From: Anaerolineales bacterium
GTDB lineage: Bacteria; Chloroflexota; Anaerolineae; Anaerolineales; Villigracilaceae
Length of the DNA: 29,606 nt
Reading direction: 5' to 3'
Assembly: GCA_038249405.1 (NCBI GenBank)
Contig: JBBRWF010000001.1
Location: 1 to 29,606, forward strand
In this document: one piece after another, positions 8,839 through 15,222 of the stretch
Position numbering within the stretch: the first letter of the stretch is position 1
Layout: each line of letters starts with the position of its first letter
Made by a program: the position numbers and the translations under genes
Notes under the pieces: generated by a model
What the model was told of the DNA's origin: nothing
Databases searched by the model: none
Seen by the model: only the letters and a program-made list of their open reading frames with translations

Positions 8839-10281
8839 ATGCAATACGAACCCGTGATCGGTCTTGAAGTTCACATTGAAATGCTGACAAATTCAAAAAT
8901 GTTTTGCTCCTGCCCGGTGGTGGATTCCACCAATGCGGAGCCCAACAGCGCTGTTTGCCCGATCTGCGCGGGGCACCCAGGGACTTTGCCGGTGATTAAT
9001 GCCAGGGCTGTAGAGTTTGGCCTGCGTGTGGCGTGCGCCCTGGAATGCGAACTGGCACCCATCAGCATTTTTGCGCGAAAAAATTACTTTTACCCGGATC
9101 TGCCCAAAGGCTACCAGATCACACAATATGAACAGCCCCTGGCAGAACACGGCAAAATTACGCTGGTCACAAGCCGTGGTGAGAAGGTAATCCGCATCCG
9201 GCGCGTACACCTTGAAGAAGACACCGGCAAGCTGACACATGTAGAACAGGATGGGAAATCTTTCTCGCTGGTGGATTTGAACCGCGCGGGGGTTTCGTTG
9301 TTGGAAATCGTTACTGAGCCGGATTTTCACCACGCTGAAGAAGTGCGCGCTTATGCTGAGTCGCTGCGCGCGCTGGTACGTTACCTGGGAGTGAACAGCG
9401 GAGACCTTGAAAAAGGCGTGATGCGCATTGAACCCAATATTTCAGTGCGCCCGGTGGGCATTGAAACGCTGGGAACCAAAGTGGAAATCAAAAATTTAAA
9501 TTCTTTCAAAGCACTGGAACGCGGCGTAGCTTATGAAATTAACCGCCAGATTGAAGTGATTGAAGCAGGTAATAAAGTTGTACAGGAAACTGTGGGGTGG
9601 GACGAGGCCAGGCAGGCTACTTACAGCCAACGCTCGAAAGAAGATGCTCATGATTACCGGTATTTTCCAGAACCAGACCTGCCACCCCTGTTGGTCAGCA
9701 AACGCTGGATGGACGAGGTGCGCTATGCACTGCCAGAACTACCATGGGATCGCAGCCGGCGTTTTGTGAGTGAGTACGGTCTGAGCACTGCAGAAGCGTG
9801 GCAACTGGCAACAGAAAAAGCTGCTGGAGATTATTTTGAGGCGGTCATACGGGCTGAGGGCGGAGCCGTGCGAACAGTTTATGCCTGGGTTACCGGTGAG
9901 CTTTTTGCGTTGATGAACATCAGCAACAGCAGTTTCGACACACTGAAGGTCACAGCGCAAGATTTGGCGGATTTGCTCAAGATGATTGCCAATGGTGAGA
10001 TCAACCCGAACACCGGGAAGAGCGTGCTGGTGGAGATGTTTTCCAGCGGCAGCCAGGCGACAAAGATTGTCGCGGCTAAAGGCCTGGGGCAGGTTTCAGA
10101 CACCGGATTTATTGCCAGCATGGTTGGCGAGGTGTTGGCCGAGAACGCTGGCGAAGTAAGCAGCTATCGAGCGGGCAAAATCAGCGTTGCAAACTTCCTG
10201 TTCGGACAGGTGATGCGCAAAGCAGGCGGTAAAGCCAACCCGCAGATGGTGCGGGCCGAGTTGGAAAAGCAACTTCAGTAA
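8839..10281 (+). CDS. gatB: Asp/Glu-tRNA amidotransferase subunit B
   Basis: YEPVIGLEVH, FARKNYFYPDLPKGYQITQ, HLEEDTGK, EIKNLNSF, DYRYFPEPDLPP and GQVMRKAGGKANP. Start taken at MQYEP. Confidence 0.97.
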   Translation: MQYEPVIGLEVHIEMLTNSKMFCSCPVVDSTNAEPNSAVCPICAGHPGTLPVINARAVEFGLRVACALECELAPISIFARKNYFYPDLPKGYQITQYEQPLAEHGKITLVTSRGEKVIRIRRVHLEEDTGKLTHVEQDGKSFSLVDLNRAGVSLLEIVTEPDFHHAEEVRAYAESLRALVRYLGVNSGDLEKGVMRIEPNISVRPVGIETLGTKVEIKNLNSFKALERGVAYEINRQIEVIEAGNKVVQETVGWDEARQATYSQRSKEDAHDYRYFPEPDLPPLLVSKRWMDEVRYALPELPWDRSRRFVSEYGLSTAEAWQLATEKAAGDYFEAVIRAEGGAVRTVYAWVTGELFALMNISNSSFDTLKVTAQDLADLLKMIANGEINPNTGKSVLVEMFSSGSQATKIVAAKGLGQVSDTGFIASMVGEVLAENAGEVSSYRAGKISVANFLFGQVMRKAGGKANPQMVRAELEKQLQ

Positions 10282-10295
10282 CAGGAGCCGATCGC

Positions 10296-10568
10296 ATGTT
10301 GAGTTTAACCACTGAACAAGTCGAAGTGATCCTTAAAAAAACAGCCGCCAGCTTTCCGCATGATGAGTGCCTGACCTGTGAATGTTTTTTGGGACTGGTC
10401 ATGCAGTTGAAAATCGATGCGGAACCAGGCGCGCAAACGCTGCTGGCCAAGTATAAAATACCCCATAAAGAAATGCACGCCTGCCTGGGCTGCGATCCGT
10501 GCCCAGCGGGTGATCGCTACGCACAACACATTCGACAGCACGGAACAGGCAAACTCATTACATTGTAA
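10296..10568 (+). CDS. Small Cys/His-rich hypothetical protein (90 aa), putative metal binding
   Basis: GGAG RBS, 14 nt after the gatB stop; motifs HDECLTCEC and HACLGCDPCP. Confidence 0.75.
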   Translation: MLSLTTEQVEVILKKTAASFPHDECLTCECFLGLVMQLKIDAEPGAQTLLAKYKIPHKEMHACLGCDPCPAGDRYAQHIRQHGTGKLITL

Positions 10569-10615
10569 GAATTATTTGTCTGACAACCATGACTTTTGAC
10601 ATGATGACCATCATA

Positions 10616-10644
10616 TTGACTTTGCCCTAAAACTCGGGTACCCT
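10616..10644 (+). promoter_or_regulatory. Putative sigma70 promoter upstream of the gdh leader
   Basis: TTGACT (10616-10621)-N17-TACCCT (10639-10644). Confidence 0.45.
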
Positions 10645-10674
10645 ATAAGAGTGTGAAATAAGGTGAAAACCAAT

Positions 10675-10704
10675 ATGAATTACCGATCAAGACATATCCC
10701 TTAA
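10675..10704 (+). CDS. Putative leader peptide MNYRSRHIP (9 aa)
   Basis: ATG AAT TAC CGA TCA AGA CAT ATC CCT TAA, preceded by AAGGTG at 10660-10665; ends a few bases before the terminator hairpin. Confidence 0.4.
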   Translation: MNYRSRHIP

Positions 10705-10706
10705 AA

Positions 10707-10745
10707 AAGCGGGCACCCGATCCGGGTGCCCGTTTATATTTTTTT
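10707..10745 (+). terminator. Intrinsic terminator-like hairpin just upstream of gdh
   Basis: GCGGGCACCCG-ATC-CGGGTGCCCGT (10 Watson-Crick pairs plus one G-U) followed by TTATATTTTTTT. Confidence 0.8.
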
Positions 10746-10778
10746 ATAAAGTCAGTCAAACCTAAATAGGAGAAAATA

Positions 10779-12065
10779 ATGGCTGGACAAATCAATGCGT
10801 TTGAAATGGCTCAGAAGCAGTTTGACGGTGTTGCCAAAATGCTTAACCTGGACCCCCAGATCTCTGAAGCACTGCGCTGGCCGATGCGTGAATTCAGCTT
10901 CCGCATCCCTGTGCGCATGGATGATGGCTCGCTGCGAGTCTTCCAGGGCTATCGCGTTCAACACAACGACGCGCGCGGTCCCAATAAAGGCGGCATCCGC
11001 TTCCACCCGAATGAGACCTTCGACACTGTGCGCGCTTTAGCCACCTGGATGACCTGGAAATGCTCCGTGGCCGATATACCGTTAGGCGGGGGCAAGGGCG
11101 GAATCATCGTTGATCCATCCTCGATCACCACGCCTGAAAAAGAACGCCTGTGCCGTGGTTGGGTACAGAACATGTGGAGAAATATTGGCCCACGCCAGGA
11201 TGTTCCCGCGCCAGATGTTGGAACCACCCCGCAGATGATGGGCTGGATGATGGATGAATATTCCAAGCTGGTTGGCGAATATACCCCGGGTGTCTTTACT
11301 GGCAAACCTCTGGGCGGCGGCGGTTCTGAAGGACGCACCGAAGCCACTGGCTACGGCGTCATTTACACCGTGCGCGAAGCGATGAAGCACCTGAAGATCG
11401 ACCCCACCAAATCTGTGGCAGCGCTGGAAGGTTTCGGCAATGTGTCGCAGTATGCAGCCATCGGCTTTGTGGAAATGTTGGGCGGCAAAATTGCCTGTGT
11501 TTCCTGCTGGGATCGCAACGACAAGACATCCTACACCTACAGCCACAAAGACGGCGTGAACCCGCGCTTCCTGCTCACCATTGTCGATCAATACGGCACC
11601 ATTGACCAGAAAAAGGCCAAAGAAGCCGGTTATGTTATTGAAGACGGTGAAAAGTGGATTGCGAAGGAATGCGATGTGCTTATCCCGGCAGCGATTGAAG
11701 GGCACGTGAACGGCGATACCGTCAAGCAAATGTCCAGCCGTGTTAAAATCGTTGCTGAGGGCGCCAACGGTCCTTGCACCCCTGAAGCGGATGAATATTT
11801 CAAGCAGAACGGTATCTTCAACATTCCCGATTTCCTGTGCAATGCAGGCGGCGTAACCACTTCGTACTTTGAATCGGTGCAAAACGATATGAACTTCTAC
11901 TGGACCAAGCAGGAAGTTCTCGAACGCCTGGATACCAAAATGACAATGGCGTTCCACGCTGTGCTCGAAATGAGTGAGAAGGAAAAGGTTTATATGCGCG
12001 ATGCGGCTTATATGGTTGCCATCGACCGTGTAGTGAAGGCCATGCAGCTGCGCGGCTGGATCTAA
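10779..12065 (+). CDS. gdhA: Glu/Leu/Phe/Val dehydrogenase family, probably glutamate dehydrogenase
   Basis: RGPNKGGIRFHP, GGGKGG, VPAPDVGT, TGKP..GGS.GR.EATGYG, EGFGNV, EGANGP and PDFLCNAGGVTTSYFE; AGGAG RBS. Confidence 0.9.
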   Translation: MAGQINAFEMAQKQFDGVAKMLNLDPQISEALRWPMREFSFRIPVRMDDGSLRVFQGYRVQHNDARGPNKGGIRFHPNETFDTVRALATWMTWKCSVADIPLGGGKGGIIVDPSSITTPEKERLCRGWVQNMWRNIGPRQDVPAPDVGTTPQMMGWMMDEYSKLVGEYTPGVFTGKPLGGGGSEGRTEATGYGVIYTVREAMKHLKIDPTKSVAALEGFGNVSQYAAIGFVEMLGGKIACVSCWDRNDKTSYTYSHKDGVNPRFLLTIVDQYGTIDQKKAKEAGYVIEDGEKWIAKECDVLIPAAIEGHVNGDTVKQMSSRVKIVAEGANGPCTPEADEYFKQNGIFNIPDFLCNAGGVTTSYFESVQNDMNFYWTKQEVLERLDTKMTMAFHAVLEMSEKEKVYMRDAAYMVAIDRVVKAMQLRGWI

Positions 12066-12087
12066 GCTGTAATTGAATAAACACTGA

Positions 12088-12128
12088 CAAAAAAGCTGGT
12101 GGTCAAAAAATGACCGCCAGCTTTTTTG
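12088..12128. terminator. Bidirectional intrinsic terminator
   Basis: CAAAAAAGCTGGTGGTCA-AAAAA-TGACCGCCAGCTTTTTTG between convergent gdh and flp. Confidence 0.88.
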
Positions 12129-12316
12129 TTTTCCAGAAGCCTTGAATATTCCCGGGGAAGCCAATCGCTCTGTAAAACATCCGTTATAGAAAAATAAGTA
12201 ATTCTGAAAAAAAATTTGTAATCGTTTGTATGAGGGCAGGCACAATACCTTCCTGCAGAGAAAAACAGATGCAGGCGAGATGCAGCCAAGAATAAAAAAG
12301 CTGCCCAAACCTCAGG

Positions 12317-12460
12317 CTAGATACTATTGACAATCGTCATGTATAAATTTCCAACGCCCGAGCCAAACAAGGTAAGGGCAAGAAAAATAACCATTGCAAC
12401 CAAAACAAGAATAAGCGCATATTCAACCATACCCTGACCACTTTTACCTGGAGCCTTCAT
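12317..12460 (-). CDS. flp: Flp/Fap family type IVb (Tad) pilin, 47 aa (not in ORF track)
   Basis: MKAPGKSG|QGMVEYALILVLVAMVIFLALTLFGSGVGNLYMTIVNSI: prepilin Gly, Glu at +5, Tyr at +6 and a hydrophobic helix. RBS AAAGGAGGTGA at 12466-12476. Confidence 0.92.
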   Translation of the reverse strand: MKAPGKSGQGMVEYALILVLVAMVIFLALTLFGSGVGNLYMTIVNSI

Positions 12461-12503
12461 GTATTTCACCTCCTTTCAGAAATTATGAGTTAAGTCTCTC
12501 TTC

Positions 12504-12532
12504 ATTTTAGCAAGTTGCCGAAAGGATTACAA
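12504..12532 (-). promoter_or_regulatory. Putative sigma70 promoter of flp
   Basis: Minus strand reads TTGTAA-N17-TAAAAT with an extended -10 TG. Confidence 0.65.
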
Positions 12533-12575
12533 TAAAAAAAAGCTATAAAGACCTGTCTATTATGCAAAGACGGGG

Positions 12576-13247
12576 TTATTCCCGTTGTTTTTGCCCAAAA
12601 TTGCAAACAGAAAGGAGCGGGCAGGCGTTACAAAGCGGTTTGCGGGCATGGCAGATTTCACGTCCGAGGCGAATGATGTTCAGATGTGCGGCATAGTATG
12701 AGGTTGGAGGGAAAATGCCTTCGAGATAGGGATGGGCAGCTTCCACAGAGATATTTTCGGGGCGCAGTCCGATACGACCGGTTACGCGGTAAACATGCGT
12801 ATCGACCGGGAAGGCGGGACGACCAAGCGAAAAACAAAGGACAATCGCGGCAGTTTTTGGACCGACCCCGTTAAATTTTGTTAACCAGGCGCGGGCTTCT
12901 TCCAAGGGCAAGCTGCTGAGGAAAGATAAATCCAGCCCGCCGCGCTCCAGGGTGATCTGACGTAACACCTGCTGAATACGCGGGCCTTTCTGGTTGGCCA
13001 GCCCTGCCACGCGAATACAGGCGATTACATCTGATTCTGGCGCATCGCGAACAGCTTCCCAGGTGGAGTAACTGGCCTGTAAGGCGTTAAATGCCTTATC
13101 ACGATTAACATCGTTCGTATTTTGAGAAAGGATGGTGGACACCAGTTCATCCACTGGAGGCAGCGGGTTACGCCAAATGGGTTCGCCGTAAAATGCGAGC
13201 AAAGTCTGGTGTATCAGAACGGCGCGATCACCCGGTGAACCCATCAT
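12576..13247 (-). CDS. nth: Endonuclease III family HhH-GPD DNA glycosylase
   Basis: ILSQNTND, GVGPKTA (catalytic Lys), FPVDTHVYRV (catalytic Asp) and 4Fe-4S motif CHARKPLCNACPLLSVC. TAATG overlap with the upstream gene. Confidence 0.88.
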   Translation of the reverse strand: MMGSPGDRAVLIHQTLLAFYGEPIWRNPLPPVDELVSTILSQNTNDVNRDKAFNALQASYSTWEAVRDAPESDVIACIRVAGLANQKGPRIQQVLRQITLERGGLDLSFLSSLPLEEARAWLTKFNGVGPKTAAIVLCFSLGRPAFPVDTHVYRVTGRIGLRPENISVEAAHPYLEGIFPPTSYYAAHLNIIRLGREICHARKPLCNACPLLSVCNFGQKQRE

Positions 13248-14290
13248 TATTGTTTGAGTACGAAGGTCGGGCGACTGACACCAATTTTGAGATTGCGATA
13301 ATTTTGCAGTTGAATTTCTGGCCCAAAGCTGGAGAGTTGTGCAAGTTGCGTACTGTCGAGCGCGCCGAGTGCCTGCAAAATTGCCAGCGCCACGGCAGTT
13401 CGGGCGCGGTCGTGTGAATCTCCATCACTGATCTTTATGGCAATTCCAATTCCCGGCGAACCAGCGCCCAGAGCACCTGGCATCAGGCCGATACTTTGAA
13501 AGCCTTCGGCGCCGCCCTTGACCAGGATGGCACCTTTCCCGGCAGTCATCAGCACGGTATCAAAACGTTCAGGGCCTCCGACCATGTCTGGATGACTCAT
13601 CATGGCTGAGGTGATTGTCCGACAGGCAGCAGTGCGTTCAGGGGATAATTCGTAGGGGTCGCAAAGCCGGGCATAGCCGTAGGCGGCATTGTAAAGCGGG
13701 ACAGCAAAGTTTGGAGCGGAACAACCGTCAATACCAAGCTCAACACTTTCGGCTGGTATGACGCACATCTCGGAAAAAGCCTGCAAAATGCTTTCTTGAA
13801 TGGGGTGATGAAAATCGAGATAGTTTTCAAGAGGTTTGGAGCGAAGTTTGGCATGCGCAAGCATGCCGGTATGCTTGCCCGAGCAGTTGTGGCGATACTG
13901 TGTGGGCAGTTCGCCGCGCACTTTCATAGCGTCGGCAGTGGGCTCGTGGATAGGATAATGCGTACCGCACAAAAGATCACTGGCGCTGACACCAATTTTG
14001 GCCTGCATGCCTTTGACCGTCTCAACATGCTCATCTGTGCCGGAATGTGATGAACACATCAATGATATTTCGCGGCTGGTCAGGCCGAATTTTTCGTGCC
14101 CACCGCGCTCAATAAATGGCAAAGCCTGGAATGGTTTTGCGCTGGAGCGCAGAAAAGTGACCAGGTTCGGATCACCCAGAGATGCCAGCAATTTGCCATG
14201 CGAATCGACAACGGCGGCGGCACCAAAGTGAAGCGATTCAACAATATTCCCACGGGTTAATTCAAAAACTGGCTGGTAAGAGTCTGTCAC
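13247..14290 (-). CDS. L-asparaginase II (Rhizobium etli AnsA type)
   Basis: RSSAKPFQA, CSSHSG, NCSGKH, DGCSAP and KGGAEG motifs are all intact. GTG start at 14290 has GAGGA upstream; the ORF track starts at 14305. Confidence 0.88.
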   Translation of the reverse strand: MTDSYQPVFELTRGNIVESLHFGAAAVVDSHGKLLASLGDPNLVTFLRSSAKPFQALPFIERGGHEKFGLTSREISLMCSSHSGTDEHVETVKGMQAKIGVSASDLLCGTHYPIHEPTADAMKVRGELPTQYRHNCSGKHTGMLAHAKLRSKPLENYLDFHHPIQESILQAFSEMCVIPAESVELGIDGCSAPNFAVPLYNAAYGYARLCDPYELSPERTAACRTITSAMMSHPDMVGGPERFDTVLMTAGKGAILVKGGAEGFQSIGLMPGALGAGSPGIGIAIKISDGDSHDRARTAVALAILQALGALDSTQLAQLSSFGPEIQLQNYRNLKIGVSRPTFVLKQ

Positions 14291-14291
14291 T

Positions 14292-15152
14292 TTATTCCTC
14301 ATCATTTTCAGAAGCGCCGGATGATCGATAATGCCGGATGAAGTAGTGCCTTAAACCATAGGCAAGCCGCTGATGATATTGTTTTTGCCTGTCAGCCGAA
14401 GCATTGAAGGAAGCGGATAATATGGGCATAAGGGTTTCGACCGCATCTGGGCTGCTGGAACTTTTTGCCAAAGCATCGAGTTTTTGATTAAGCCTACTGA
14501 GCATTTCGAGCTGGTCTTCAGCAACCTCAGTTGAAACCACCGCGCTGCGTCCACTGACAATTGTATAGTCGTGATAATCAGCGATGAGGTGATCGAGCGA
14601 TTTTATCCAGTCGACCAAATTCGCACTTGCTAAAAATGGAGGTTGATTCTTTACCACAAGATCGCCAACGAAGATAATTTTTGGCTCGGGTAGAATTACC
14701 CAGCAAGCACCGTGTGCGGGGCCGGGATGGTGTTCCAGTACAACCGAAAAATTACTCCATTCAATTGACATGCGCGAGGTGAAGGAGATTTCGGGAGGAG
14801 CCCATCGAACGCTCCCCAGGCCTGCGACTGATTCCCAGTCGGCGCCGGTTTCATCGCCCTGGGCTTTGAATGTGTTGGGGCGATTGCGAAATGTTTCCGC
14901 AGTTTTTTCGTGACCCACGATTGTACAGTCCATAGCGCGAGCACCCAATGTGCGGTCTGGGTGCCCGTCCAGATTTATCAATAAACGTTCCACACCTGTG
15001 TTTAGACTGAGTAACTCGGCGCGCCAGGAACGGCCATCTTCGGGAGAGGGCGGCGCATCGATCTGGATCAGCCCATGAGGTAATGCGATGGCCCCCAATG
15101 TAACACCAGGAAACTGGTCTTCGATATAAACTTGACTGGCGAGTGCCTGCAT
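14292..15152 (-). CDS. Metallo-beta-lactamase-fold protein with degenerate metal-binding motifs
   Basis: Layout matches the cyclase-like MBL fold (QIDAP, LINLDGHPDRTLG, VGHEKT, HPGPAHG, FVGDL, IVSGR), but HxHxDH reads DGHPDR. AAGGAG RBS. Confidence 0.78.
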   Translation of the reverse strand: MQALASQVYIEDQFPGVTLGAIALPHGLIQIDAPPSPEDGRSWRAELLSLNTGVERLLINLDGHPDRTLGARAMDCTIVGHEKTAETFRNRPNTFKAQGDETGADWESVAGLGSVRWAPPEISFTSRMSIEWSNFSVVLEHHPGPAHGACWVILPEPKIIFVGDLVVKNQPPFLASANLVDWIKSLDHLIADYHDYTIVSGRSAVVSTEVAEDQLEMLSRLNQKLDALAKSSSSPDAVETLMPILSASFNASADRQKQYHQRLAYGLRHYFIRHYRSSGASENDEE

Positions 15153-15168
15153 GAAAACTCCTTTAATG

Positions 15169-15200
15169 TAATAAAAACCTGTACCTTAATAAAAACCTGT
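15169..15200. repeat. 14-bp direct repeat TAATAAAAACCTGT x2 (18-bp period)
   Basis: Copies at 15169-15182 and 15187-15200, in the gap between the kinase and the MBL-fold gene. Confidence 0.85.
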
Positions 15201-15222
15201 TACCCATAAAAGCAGGGGGAAA

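Noticed and set aside
10296-10568. Calling the 90-aa ORF gatC because of its size, position and MLSLTTEQVE start
   Set aside because: The resemblance stops after about 10 residues. It lacks the LARL and downstream GatC pattern, and GatC is not Cys-rich.
11082-12308. 408-aa minus-strand ORF opposite gdh
   Set aside because: No recognisable motifs or RBS; it crosses the terminator. Long antisense frames opposite dehydrogenase genes are a known codon-bias artefact.
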